Positions 9,266 through 19,357 are shown, numbered from the stretch's first letter. The stretch is DNA of 64,000 nucleotides from Chloroflexota bacterium (GCA_002721445.1 PBKN01000009.1:16242-80241); one strand, 5' to 3'. A program made the numbers and translations. Notes: a model not told the origin generated them from the sequence alone.

Positions 9266-10108
9266 ATGTTAAAAAGAATTATAAATAATAGTTTCATTAT
9301 AATTATCTTACTAACCATAATGTCTTGTTCTATAAATGAATCATCCACAACTACATCAGAATCTAAAAACTCTCAAAATCAAGATAAAACTATTGAACCT
9401 CTAAATACAAAAAATATTGAAAATTCAAATAATATAATCAGTTCAAATAAAACTGGTATATGGGTCCATGGTGAATCTACTATTAATGTTGACCCAGATA
9501 TACTTAAGTTAAACATAGGAATAGAAACTGAAGATAAAACTACACAAATTGCATTAAATAAATCATCTATATATATGGACAAAATTATCCAATATTTCAA
9601 ATCAATAAATATAGATGATAATGATATTCAAACCACTAATTTTAGTATTTATCCAATTTACGAATATCCTGAAATAATAACTCCTGGCAAAAACACAAGA
9701 ACACAAACTCTTGTAGGTTACAGAGTAAACAATTCAATATCAGTAAAAATTCGTAATATAGAGTCAACAGGAACTGTTATAGATGAAGTAACAAACGTAG
9801 GTGAAAATTCAATTAGAATAAATAACATCTCATTTGACAGAGAAAATACCGATGAATTTATAAATGAACTCCGTAAACAAGCAGTTGAAAATGCGAGTTT
9901 TAAAGCAAAACAATATGCATCATTTGCACAAGTAGAGTTAGGAAAATTAGTATTTTTATCTGAACCATCAATATCTACCACTATTTCTAATACTGAGATG
10001 TATGGAATGAGATCAATGGCTTCTCCTTCTTTAATGTCTACACCAATAAAAGAAGGAGAATTAGAATTTAACTTAACAATAGAAGCTGGATATCAAATTA
10101 TAGATTAA
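9266..10108 (+). CDS. SIMPL/DUF541 family periplasmic lipoprotein
   Basis: The signal MLKRIINNSFIIIILLTIMSCS starts at ATG 9266, with GAAAGG 7 nt upstream. GYRVNNSISVKIRNIE..G.VID and the C-terminal GELEF pattern match SIMPL. Confidence 0.7.
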   Translation: MLKRIINNSFIIIILLTIMSCSINESSTTTSESKNSQNQDKTIEPLNTKNIENSNNIISSNKTGIWVHGESTINVDPDILKLNIGIETEDKTTQIALNKSSIYMDKIIQYFKSINIDDNDIQTTNFSIYPIYEYPEIITPGKNTRTQTLVGYRVNNSISVKIRNIESTGTVIDEVTNVGENSIRINNISFDRENTDEFINELRKQAVENASFKAKQYASFAQVELGKLVFLSEPSISTTISNTEMYGMRSMASPSLMSTPIKEGELEFNLTIEAGYQIID

Positions 10109-10110
10109 TA

Positions 10111-11010
10111 TTAGACTCTAGCCTTAATATTTGATAATTGTTCGTGAGCTTTTACTAATGCTTGAGTACCTTCATCACCTAAACCTTGAGATATTAAACC
10201 TACAAAAAACTGATTCACCAATGATGTGCCTGGAACAGAAACACCCATTTCTTGAGCTGCTTCAATTACTAGTCTCAAATCTTTTTGTTGCAATTTAACC
10301 ATAAATCCGGGTTCAAAATCTCCTTGAATTAATTTTGGACCTAAAGTATTTAATTGCCAAGATGCAGCTGCTCCACCACCTACAGCAGCTATAGTCTTTT
10401 CTAAATCAGCACCAGATTTAGAAGCAAAAACTAATGCTTCAGCTACTGCATTCATTGTACCTGCTACTAAAATTTGATTTACTAATTTAGTAGTCTGACC
10501 CATACCAGAAGGGCCAGTATGCACAATGTTTTTACCCATACCTTCAAATAGAGAAATTGATTTATCAAAAGCTTTTTTATCCCCACCAACCATAATTGAT
10601 AAGGTACCTTCAACTGCACCCCAAGAACCACCGCTTACTGGTGCATCTAGTAAAAAGGACTTTTTCTTTTCTAATTTTGAATTAATATCTCGAGTAACAT
10701 TTGGCGATATAGTGCTCATATCAATTACAATACTATCATTCTGAATACCTTGATATACTCCATCTTGACCTAATATTACTTCTTCTACGTCAGGAGAATC
10801 AGTAAGCATAGTAATAATATACTTGGAATTATTTGCAACTTCTGAAGGAGTATTTGCAACTATTGCGCCTAGTTGTTTTAATGAAGCAGTTTTTGATTTT
10901 GTTCGATTATATACAATTAAATCAAAACCTGCTTTTATAAGGTTTTTAGCCATTGGTTCTCCCATAATGCCTAAACCAATAAACCCAATTTTTTCATTTT
11001 TTATATTCAT
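10111..11010 (-). CDS. NAD(P)-dependent 3-hydroxyisobutyrate/2-hydroxy-3-oxopropionate reductase family dehydrogenase
   Basis: IGFIGLGIMGEPMAKNL Rossmann motif, DAPVSGG, GxGQxxKLxNQ. Confidence 0.8.
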   Translation of the reverse strand: MNIKNEKIGFIGLGIMGEPMAKNLIKAGFDLIVYNRTKSKTASLKQLGAIVANTPSEVANNSKYIITMLTDSPDVEEVILGQDGVYQGIQNDSIVIDMSTISPNVTRDINSKLEKKKSFLLDAPVSGGSWGAVEGTLSIMVGGDKKAFDKSISLFEGMGKNIVHTGPSGMGQTTKLVNQILVAGTMNAVAEALVFASKSGADLEKTIAAVGGGAAASWQLNTLGPKLIQGDFEPGFMVKLQQKDLRLVIEAAQEMGVSVPGTSLVNQFFVGLISQGLGDEGTQALVKAHEQLSNIKARV

Positions 11011-11075
11011 TTATTTTCTTTCCTTAATTTAAATTTATTTTTATATAACATGTTAAAACATCTCAATTATAATAA

Positions 11076-11867
11076 TTAATACCACAGAACACCAGTAAAA
11101 TTAGTATCTAAAACTATATCCATCCCTAATGCACAACCGAGCAAAATACTTAAGAAACCTGCTATAAAAATAATTGAATTACCTAATTTTTCAGATTTAT
11201 ATGAAAATGCAAATGGTAATGCCAATACCAAAGTCATTAATGCCATTGAAACCATTGTTCCTATTGAAAAACAAAGTAAAAATATTACACCAGTAAAAAA
11301 TGAATCAGATGTAGGTAATATAGCTAGTAATACAGCTGCACTACCCGCTAAACCATGTACTAAACCTATTAAATAAGATTTAAAACGAAAAAAAGGAATC
11401 AGTTCAGGAAGAAATCCGTGTTTAGTTTCTTCATGTGGGTTAACTTCAGATTTAATTTCCTCGCTTGTATGACTATGTGATCCATGCATATGCTTGTGAG
11501 CTTCATCATCATGTTCATGTGAATGAATATGAAATTCTCCTTTATATATTTTCCAAAAGACTTGCAATCCCAATAAAATCAGCATAATAGCTACACCAAA
11601 TTCAAAATATGTTGCAACAGATTCGTACAAATCCATTGCTGCCTGTTTTAAAAAAAGTATAATTAAGCCTAGTATTATTAATGGAGTAGAGTGACCTAGG
11701 CCCCAAGACAAGCCAACCCATAGACCTTTAAAAACACTTTTATAATCTCTTGCTAAAGTTGAAACTGCTACAACATGGTCTCCATCAGTAGAATGTTTTA
11801 AACCAATTATCAACCCAATGCTAATTGCCGAAATAATGCCTGAAAAACGAATTAATTCATGTTCCAA
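11076..11867 (-). CDS. nickel/cobalt transporter (NiCoT/RcnA-like) with His-rich loop
   Basis: HX4DH-type signature GLKHSTDGDHVVAV. Central loop HIHSHEHDDEAHKHMHGSHSH. Six or more TM helices. Confidence 0.65.
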   Translation of the reverse strand: MEHELIRFSGIISAISIGLIIGLKHSTDGDHVVAVSTLARDYKSVFKGLWVGLSWGLGHSTPLIILGLIILFLKQAAMDLYESVATYFEFGVAIMLILLGLQVFWKIYKGEFHIHSHEHDDEAHKHMHGSHSHTSEEIKSEVNPHEETKHGFLPELIPFFRFKSYLIGLVHGLAGSAAVLLAILPTSDSFFTGVIFLLCFSIGTMVSMALMTLVLALPFAFSYKSEKLGNSIIFIAGFLSILLGCALGMDIVLDTNFTGVLWY

Positions 11868-11955
11868 TTTGTTAACTCTTTCATGATGATTTTATTAAAA
11901 AATTAAGTATAAATTTATTATACATTAGGAAATATAAGAAATAAAAGTTAGTATA

Positions 11956-13371
11956 TTAGGCACGTATAGGTTTTCCACAATTTGATGAATAATCGATGTT
12001 TTCATTTTCGATAACAAAAATTCCATTTACAATCAAATGTACTATTCCTTCAGAAATCGCACTAGGATTTGAATATGTAGATTTATTAATTATACTATCA
12101 GGATTAAATACTACTAAATCAGCATCAGCCCCTAATTTAATACGGCCTTTATTTTTCATATTTGGAACTAAGTTTTCTAATCTTTTAGCAGGCATAAAAC
12201 TCATTTTTCTAATTGCATCAATTAAAGTAATTAATTTTCTCTCTCGAACATATTTACCTAGAATCATAGAATAAGACCCCGTAGTCCTAGGATGACCTTT
12301 ACCTTTTTTGATATATCCATCAGTAGCAATCATAGTTATATCACTTTTAACAGCTATATCAACAACATCATTTGACATAGAATGTAATATAACCATGCCT
12401 CCTTTTGATCTATATTTATCAAATGAAATTTTATTTAATCTTTCGCCAGTTTCTGGCCATTCTAAATCTTTGTAATCCATACCAGTTTTTTCCTGCCAAC
12501 CTTCATCAAATAAAGGAGCTTCAATTCCAGTCATTCCGGCAGCATAAGGATAGCATTCTGTAGTAATGTCTAAACCTTTACTAGAAGCATCTTTAATCAT
12601 TGATAACAATTTAGGGACCATTACATTGCCACTACTATTAATATGCACTAAATGTAATGATGCGCCAGTAATACTAGAAGCGGCAATTAATTCTGAAAGC
12701 CCTTGAATTGCATCGTTCCCAGGTGAAGCTCCCCACCCTCTCATATGTACATGGCAAACTGCATTGTATAAAGCAGCTATACGAAAAACTTCAATTATTT
12801 CCCACCAAGAAGCACCTGGAGTGTAAGCAATTCCTAAACCAACGCATACTGCTCCTTCTTTTAATCCTTTTGATATCATAGATTTTATGTTAATAATTTC
12901 TTCACTAGATGCTTCTTTATGAGCACCATCTCCTACTGGAAGTCTTACTATATCACCTTTAAATTTTTCCTCTTTTAGACTTATACAAGCTGCATCTTTC
13001 ATAACCATCATTCTTATAGGGATATGCCCAATACTAACTCCATAATTAATTGGAGACATATCTTCTCTTGCTTTATACCAATTAACTACATCATCAGTTC
13101 CAAGTTCCAATTCTAATGCAGAAGTAACTCCGTCAGATGCTTGTAAAAAATAATTTTCTCTATCTTGACCATGTGAATGTAAATCAATAAAACCTGGAGA
13201 TATGACTAAGCCTGAAATATTTAATTCTTTATCTCCTTTTATAGAATCTTTACCTAAATATTTAATTACTCCATTATCTATTCCCAAATTCCCTATAAAA
13301 TCCGTCCCACTTTCGGGGTCTATTATGCGCCCATTTAATAAAACAATTTGATATCTTTGAAGCATTTTCAA
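11956..13371 (-). CDS. amidohydrolase, N-acyl-D-amino-acid (D-Glu/D-Asp-type) deacylase-like
   Basis: N-terminal beta-sandwich, then PGFIDLHSHG metal-binding HxH. C-terminal GADADLVVF typical of the D-aminoacylase subfamily. Confidence 0.65.
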   Translation of the reverse strand: MKMLQRYQIVLLNGRIIDPESGTDFIGNLGIDNGVIKYLGKDSIKGDKELNISGLVISPGFIDLHSHGQDRENYFLQASDGVTSALELELGTDDVVNWYKAREDMSPINYGVSIGHIPIRMMVMKDAACISLKEEKFKGDIVRLPVGDGAHKEASSEEIINIKSMISKGLKEGAVCVGLGIAYTPGASWWEIIEVFRIAALYNAVCHVHMRGWGASPGNDAIQGLSELIAASSITGASLHLVHINSSGNVMVPKLLSMIKDASSKGLDITTECYPYAAGMTGIEAPLFDEGWQEKTGMDYKDLEWPETGERLNKISFDKYRSKGGMVILHSMSNDVVDIAVKSDITMIATDGYIKKGKGHPRTTGSYSMILGKYVRERKLITLIDAIRKMSFMPAKRLENLVPNMKNKGRIKLGADADLVVFNPDSIINKSTYSNPSAISEGIVHLIVNGIFVIENENIDYSSNCGKPIRA

Positions 13372-13459
13372 AACTCCTTCAAATATAATATTTAAAAATT
13401 ATTAGATTTAAATTAAAATTTAATATTATGTATTATTAAACATTTTAGAAGAAAAATAT

Positions 13460-14185
13460 ATGCCAAATATAAATATTCATAAAATAAAAGCTTTAACGTT
13501 CGATATTTTTGGAACTGTTACTGACTGGAGAACTTCTATTTATTTAGAAGGATTAAATCTATCGAAACATATAAATATCCCAAATATTAACTGGTTAGAT
13601 TTTGCTGATTCATGGAGAAGTCAATACACGCCATATATGAATAAAGTAAGATTAGGTGAATTACCTTGGACAACTGTAGATGACTTACATAAAATGATAT
13701 TGGAAAAATTATTAAATAATTATGAAATAAATAATTTAAATGAAGAAGAAAAAGACAATTTCAATAAATCCTGGCACAGACTAAAATTATGGCCTGATGT
13801 TATAGATGGATTAAACAGAATCAAGTCAAAATTTAAAATTGCTACATTATCTAATGGAAATATTGATTTACTAACAAACTTGTCAGAAAATGCCGGAATT
13901 AAATGGGACTATATTTTATCAGCTGAAAATTCTAAACATTATAAACCTGATCCAGAAATATATCTTAAAGCTTTGGATATATTGTCTCTAAAGCCTGAAA
14001 ATGTCATGATGATTGCTGCTCATGCATTTGACTTACGGGCAGCAAAAGATGTAGGTATGCAAACTGCATACGTATTAAGAAATCTCGAATTTGGAGAAAA
14101 TATAAAAATAGAAGAAATAAATAATAGTGAATTCGACATAATTGCTAATGACTTCCAAGATTTAGCTTATCAATTAAATACTTAA
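13460..14185 (+). CDS. HAD-superfamily hydrolase, haloacid dehalogenase type II-like
   Basis: LTFDIFGTVTDW (DxxGT nucleophile motif), SNGN, KPDPEIY, AAHAFDLRAAK. Confidence 0.7.
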   Translation: MPNINIHKIKALTFDIFGTVTDWRTSIYLEGLNLSKHINIPNINWLDFADSWRSQYTPYMNKVRLGELPWTTVDDLHKMILEKLLNNYEINNLNEEEKDNFNKSWHRLKLWPDVIDGLNRIKSKFKIATLSNGNIDLLTNLSENAGIKWDYILSAENSKHYKPDPEIYLKALDILSLKPENVMMIAAHAFDLRAAKDVGMQTAYVLRNLEFGENIKIEEINNSEFDIIANDFQDLAYQLNT

Positions 14186-14189
14186 TTAA

Positions 14190-15494
14190 TTACTTCCTTC
14201 TTTTCCTTATTCTTTTTCTAGTTTTTTTGGCTATGCCAATAGATGCAAATTTTTCTTTTGAATCTGAAGAATAATTATGGTTAGATGTTTTATTATGATT
14301 AGTGTTTTTATTAATATTTTTCAAGGTTTTAGATTTATTATTCGAGGAATTAGAATTAACTTCAACTAAATTATAATCAAAATCTGAAAACTCAAATCTA
14401 TCAATAGGTTTACCTAAAACTGATTCTATTTTTCGAACTAATAATTTATCCTCGGGAACAATAAGAGTAAAAGCCTTGCCATCTTTTTGAGCTCTACCTG
14501 TCCTACCAATTCTATGTACATATGTATCAACTGTATTAGGTATGTCAAAGTTAATCACATGTGAAACTGAAGATATATCTAAACCACGTGAAGCAACATC
14601 TGTAGCAACTAATATATCAAACTTACCTTCACGAAATCCTTCTATAGCTCTATGACGCTTATTTTGAGACATGTTACCCTGTAAAGATACTACTTTATAT
14701 TTAGATTTAGAAATTTTTTGAGTTAATTTTTCTGCTTTAAATTTAGTACGTGTAAAAATTATAACTTGCCCAGTCGCAGTATATTTAAGAATATGCATCA
14801 ACAATTTAGTTTTAAGCCTACTACTAATTGGATAAAGAACATGGGAAACTGTTTCAATAGGAGATTTTATATCAATTTCTATTGTCACATTATTATTAAG
14901 GATATTGTCTGATAAAGTTCTGATTTCATCTGGCATAGTTGCAGCAAAAAATAATGTTTGTCTGTTTTTTGGTAAAAATGAAATTATACGTCTGATATCA
15001 GGCAGAAATCCCATATCGCACATTGTATCTGACTCGTCCAAAACTAACATTTCTAATTTATTCAGATCAAGATTATTATCTCTAATATGATCAAGGAGAC
15101 GACCTGGACAAGCGACAACAATCTCAGATTTACCACGTAAAGATTTAGTTTGAGGAATCTTACTCACTCCACCATAAATTGCAACAGTCCTGATTTTAGT
15201 ATTTGAGGTGAATTTAATAACAGTCTGTGAAATTTGCTCAGCAAGTTCTCTAGTAGGTACTAAAATAAGTGCTCTAATAACTCCCGGATTAAATTTCTCC
15301 TCTGTAATTCTTTGAATAATAGGTAATATAAAAGCTAAGCTTTTCCCAGTACCAGTTTGTGCTAAACCTAAAACATCTCTACCTTGCAAAGCTATAGGAA
15401 TAGCTTTTTCTTGAATAGGTGTTGCGTATTTATGGCCTACATCATTTATAATAGAAAGAAGATTATTATTAAGTTTCAGTTGTTCAAATTTCAG
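14190..15494 (-). CDS. DEAD-box-family RNA helicase (motif II is DESD) with probable CTG start
   Basis: Q-motif F-x..-ATPIQEKAIP lies upstream of the track's TTG start. Also AQTGTGKS, VLDESDTM, FFAAT, HRIGRTGRA, and an N/K/S/R-rich tail. CTG at 15494 is preceded by AGGAG (15501..15505) at 6-nt spacing. An in-frame TAG lies 3 codons upstream. Confidence 0.85.
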   Translation of the reverse strand: MKFEQLKLNNNLLSIINDVGHKYATPIQEKAIPIALQGRDVLGLAQTGTGKSLAFILPIIQRITEEKFNPGVIRALILVPTRELAEQISQTVIKFTSNTKIRTVAIYGGVSKIPQTKSLRGKSEIVVACPGRLLDHIRDNNLDLNKLEMLVLDESDTMCDMGFLPDIRRIISFLPKNRQTLFFAATMPDEIRTLSDNILNNNVTIEIDIKSPIETVSHVLYPISSRLKTKLLMHILKYTATGQVIIFTRTKFKAEKLTQKISKSKYKVVSLQGNMSQNKRHRAIEGFREGKFDILVATDVASRGLDISSVSHVINFDIPNTVDTYVHRIGRTGRAQKDGKAFTLIVPEDKLLVRKIESVLGKPIDRFEFSDFDYNLVEVNSNSSNNKSKTLKNINKNTNHNKTSNHNYSSDSKEKFASIGIAKKTRKRIRKRRK

Positions 15495-15696
15495 AGAGTG
15501 CTCCTAATCCCAATATATGACTCTCTTAGAACCATGACAAATAGATAATTGATAATGCCTAGAAATAAAAAAGTATTAACTATAAAGCTATTATATCAAT
15601 AAATATATAGCGCAATCAAACTAGATTAATAATATTTGAATTATAGTAACCTAAAACCTAATTCTTAATATATCTAAAATTTATTGGAGAAAAAGA

Positions 15697-16479
15697 ATGG
15701 ACAAGTTAAAAGATAAAGTTGCAATAATTACTGGTGGCAATAGTGGAATTGGTGAATCAACTGCTCACTTATTTGCTAATGAGGGAGCTAAAGTAGTAAT
15801 TCTAGCTAGAAGAGAAAAAGAAGGATTTCAAGTTCAAAAATCTATACAACAAAACGGTGGAACATGCTTATTTATAAAATGTGATGTAACTAATCTAAAT
15901 GAAATTAATAAAGCAATTAAAACTATTATCAGTAATTTTAAAAAAATTGATATACTTTTTAATAATGCAGGTATGGCCTCATCAAATAATTTTCCAGATG
16001 AAAATAATGATGATTGGAATTCAGTAATCGAAGTAAACCTGTCAGGTACTTTCTATATGTGTAAAGCTGTCTGGCAACACTTAATAAAATCTAATGAAGG
16101 AATAATAGTAAATATGTCTTCATTATCAGCTCAAAGAGGATTTAGTAATAATATTTACAATATAAGCGGAGCTCCTTCAGCATCTTATTATGCTTCAAAA
16201 GCTGGAATAGATGCATTGACTAGATATTTAGCCAGTATAGGGGGAAAACATAATATTAGAGTCAACTGTGTTAGACCAGGTCAAATAATTACTGAACAAG
16301 CTAAAGGAGAAGATGGTAATCACAAATTTAAACCAACTTTTGATTTACTTCAAATATTACAAAATGCAGGTAAACCTGAAGATGTAGCAAATACTGTTTT
16401 ATTTTTAGCAAGTAAGGATTCAAAATTTATAACTGGTGAAATTATCAATATAGATGGTGGAATGCCAGCTAAGTTATAA
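15697..16479 (+). CDS. short-chain dehydrogenase/reductase (SDR)
   Basis: TGGNSGIG, NNAG, catalytic S...YYASK. Confidence 0.85.
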   Translation: MDKLKDKVAIITGGNSGIGESTAHLFANEGAKVVILARREKEGFQVQKSIQQNGGTCLFIKCDVTNLNEINKAIKTIISNFKKIDILFNNAGMASSNNFPDENNDDWNSVIEVNLSGTFYMCKAVWQHLIKSNEGIIVNMSSLSAQRGFSNNIYNISGAPSASYYASKAGIDALTRYLASIGGKHNIRVNCVRPGQIITEQAKGEDGNHKFKPTFDLLQILQNAGKPEDVANTVLFLASKDSKFITGEIINIDGGMPAKL

Positions 16480-16506
16480 ATTTTTGAAATTATATATACG
16501 ATATTT

Positions 16507-17937
16507 ATGAATCAGAATATAAATATACATTGGTTCAGGCAAGATTTGAGGTTAAACGATAACCCTTCACTATTTAATGCTGCCAAAAATAGCAATCTAT
16601 TACCAATATATATATATGATAATAAAAATCAAGAAAAATTTCATATAGGGAATGCTAGTAAAGTATGGTTATATTATTCATTAAAGTCTCTTAATAATTC
16701 ATTAGCTGGAAAATTACATGTATATATAGGAGACCCAAAAAAAATTTTATTTGAACTTATAAAAACAAATGAAGTTAAAAATGTTTATTGGAATGAATGC
16801 TATGAGTTATGGAGAATAAATAGTGATAATCAAATAAAAAATATCTTACATAAACAAGGAGTAACCGTAAAAACTTATAATGGTTCATTATTATGGGACC
16901 CAAAAAAGATAATGAAAAATAACCAAACTCCTTATAAAATATTCACTCATTATTATCGCAAAGCTAATCAAATTTCACATAACCCTAGAAACCTTTTTCC
17001 TATTCCTAATAAATTAGATATAGTTAACTTGAAAATACACAAAAATAATATTGAAGATTTAGGTCTCTTACCTAAATCTAAATGGTACAAATCTGTAATA
17101 TCCAATTGGAACATAGGTGAAAAAGAAGCTCAAAATAAATTAACCAATTTTACATATAAGAAGATGAATAAATATAAAATGTTTAGAAATTATCCATCAA
17201 GACAATATACTTCTTTACTTTCCCCTCACCTACATTTTGGAGAAATATCACCAAATCAAATATGGCATTCTATTAAAAAGTTAGATATTGATGAAAACAT
17301 TAGTCAATTTTTTAGTCAGTTAGGATGGAGGGAATTTTCATATTATTTACTTTTTCATAACCCATATATGCCAGAAAAAAATATACAAACAAAATTCAAT
17401 TCTTTCCCTTGGAATAAAAATGATAAATTTTTTAATAAATGGAAAAAGGGAATTACAGGTATCCCAATAATTGATGCTGCTATGAGAGAATTATGGAAAA
17501 CAGGATACATGCATAATAGAATGCGAATGATTACAGCTTCTTTTTTAGTAAAAAACCTACTTATTCATTGGAAGCATGGAGAATTATGGTTTTGGGATTG
17601 CTTATTAGATGCTGATTTAGCCAATAATAGTTCGGGTTGGCAATGGGTTGCAGGTTCTGGAGCAGATGCCTCTCCATATTTTCGCATATTTAATCCAATC
17701 ACTCAAAGTCAAAAATTTGATCCCCAAGGAATATATATAAGAAAGTATATACCTGAATTAAAAAAGTTAGATACTAAATATTTATTTAAACCTTGGGAAG
17801 CTCCAATTACTGAATTAAAAAAAGCTAATATAATTTTAGGCACTACATATCCAAAACCAATTATTGACTTAAAATATTCCTATCAAAGAGCAATGAATTC
17901 ATTTAAATCTTTAAAATATAATTCATTAAAAATTTAA
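16507..17937 (+). CDS. phr: deoxyribodipyrimidine photolyase (class I CPD type)
   Basis: WFRQDLRLNDN, WREFSYYLL, TGIPIIDAAMREL..TGYMHNRMRM, DADLANNSSGWQW. Confidence 0.85.
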   Translation: MNQNINIHWFRQDLRLNDNPSLFNAAKNSNLLPIYIYDNKNQEKFHIGNASKVWLYYSLKSLNNSLAGKLHVYIGDPKKILFELIKTNEVKNVYWNECYELWRINSDNQIKNILHKQGVTVKTYNGSLLWDPKKIMKNNQTPYKIFTHYYRKANQISHNPRNLFPIPNKLDIVNLKIHKNNIEDLGLLPKSKWYKSVISNWNIGEKEAQNKLTNFTYKKMNKYKMFRNYPSRQYTSLLSPHLHFGEISPNQIWHSIKKLDIDENISQFFSQLGWREFSYYLLFHNPYMPEKNIQTKFNSFPWNKNDKFFNKWKKGITGIPIIDAAMRELWKTGYMHNRMRMITASFLVKNLLIHWKHGELWFWDCLLDADLANNSSGWQWVAGSGADASPYFRIFNPITQSQKFDPQGIYIRKYIPELKKLDTKYLFKPWEAPITELKKANIILGTTYPKPIIDLKYSYQRAMNSFKSLKYNSLKI

Positions 17938-18029
17938 TATTAAGGTACACCAAAATATTCTGTTCTTGATCAGTTTTTCTATAATTTTACATATAAATTT
18001 CACATATAATTATAAAGTATGTTATTATG

Positions 18030-18052
18030 TTGCTACTATAAAATAGTAGCAA
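18030..18052. promoter_or_regulatory. perfect 10-bp inverted repeat (TTGCTACTAT-AAA-ATAGTAGCAA): operator or terminator candidate
   Basis: Read directly from the sequence. It lies between the phr stop (17937) and the SBP start (18134), at the left edge of the GC-rich segment. Confidence 0.4.
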
Positions 18053-18133
18053 ATATTTTGTCTCGAAATTAGTTACTTATTGCATACGCTTAATATTAAG
18101 TTATGGCAATATAAAAAACGATGGAGGTTAACT

Positions 18134-19279
18134 ATGAATAGTTATAGCGTTAAATCGATTTACAGTATATTAGTTTTGGTTTTTATTTTAATGGGGGTTA
18201 TTGCTTGTAGTAGCGAACCTACAACGGTAAAAATAGGACTTTTAAGTCCCCAAACTGGCCCAATAGCACAATATGCCCCAGGCTTTGAAGATGCCGGAGC
18301 AATAGCTATATCGGAGCTCAATAAGACTCATGAAGGAGACTACGTTTTTGAATTAATTGTTGCAGACTCGGGTTGTGATGGCACACAAGCTGGAACTGCT
18401 GCCCAAACTCTTATTGACAGCGGTGTTTCTGCAATAGTTGGAGCTGCCTGTTCGGGTGCGACTCTAGGTGCAATTGCAGTTGCTGCTCCAGCAGGAGTCC
18501 CAATGGTATCATACGCCAGTACTTCTCCTGGACTTAGTGGTGCAGACGATAATGGATACCTTTTCCGTGTTGTTCCAAGTGATGCTCAACAAGCAGTTGC
18601 TTTAGCAGCAGTGACAGCTGCTGAAGGTGCAAGTAACCCAGCAGTTCTTTATATGACAAATGATTACGGTGCAGGACTCGGTGATAATTTTGCATCCAGC
18701 TGGTCTGGTAGCGTATGCACACAAGCTGGATACGACCCAACTGAAGGTTCTTATGATGCCTCATCTTTAGCTCAATCTGTTATCGATGGTGGATGTGATT
18801 CAGTTCTACTTATGTCATATGCTACAGATGGTGCTTCAATCATAGAAGCTTTGTCAACACAAGGCTTCACCGGTAAAATGATTGGTGCTGATGGTGTTGC
18901 AGATGCTAAATTCACTGATGCATTTACTGACGTAACAGCAGTAAATGGTTTGATAGCAACCAGACCTCGTCCCGGTGAAGATACTAATGCAAAAACAGCC
19001 TTTGAGAGTGCTTATGCTGCTGCCGGTGGTGCTGATGGAGCAATATATACCGGAGAAACTTATGATGCAATCAAAATTATAGCTGCATCTATTATTTCCG
19101 ACCCTGAAAACATACTGACATCATTGAAAAAGACTGGCACAAATTACGTTGGAGCCAGCGGTACACATACCTTTGATGCAAATGGTGATGTTGCTGGTAC
19201 AGGGTATGAAGTATGTCAGTTTGACGGTACAGCCTTCTCTTGTCCTAGAACCTGGACTTCAAGTGATGGAATAAAATAA
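18134..19279 (+). CDS. ABC transporter substrate-binding lipoprotein, branched-chain amino acid (LivK/Peripla_BP_6) type
   Basis: GGAGG SD before ATG 18134. Lipobox LMGVIAC. IGLLSPQTGP..A and the GA.CSGAT pattern match type-I PBPs. Confidence 0.8.
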   Translation: MNSYSVKSIYSILVLVFILMGVIACSSEPTTVKIGLLSPQTGPIAQYAPGFEDAGAIAISELNKTHEGDYVFELIVADSGCDGTQAGTAAQTLIDSGVSAIVGAACSGATLGAIAVAAPAGVPMVSYASTSPGLSGADDNGYLFRVVPSDAQQAVALAAVTAAEGASNPAVLYMTNDYGAGLGDNFASSWSGSVCTQAGYDPTEGSYDASSLAQSVIDGGCDSVLLMSYATDGASIIEALSTQGFTGKMIGADGVADAKFTDAFTDVTAVNGLIATRPRPGEDTNAKTAFESAYAAAGGADGAIYTGETYDAIKIIAASIISDPENILTSLKKTGTNYVGASGTHTFDANGDVAGTGYEVCQFDGTAFSCPRTWTSSDGIK

Positions 19280-19314
19280 TTAAACAACTTTCAAAATAAA
19301 TCATTTTGCCATTG

Positions 19315-19357
19315 GAATTGGCCTGCATCTACTCACGTATCGACTGTAGGCCAATTC
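19315..19357 (+). promoter_or_regulatory. intercistronic stem-loop (13-bp stem with one G-U, 17-nt loop)
   Basis: GAATTGGCCTGCA (19315..19327) pairs with TGTAGGCCAATTC (19345..19357). It lies between the SBP and permease genes and has no convincing U-tract. Confidence 0.5.

Noticed and set aside
17938-18133. A search for a duplicated tRNA-Lys 3'-end fragment (for example GACTTGAACC or TTCAAGTCC) marking the far end of an integrated element.
   Set aside because: No such sequence is seen by eye at the left boundary, so integrase-mediated insertion is not demonstrated. The island call rests on composition and tRNA adjacency only.
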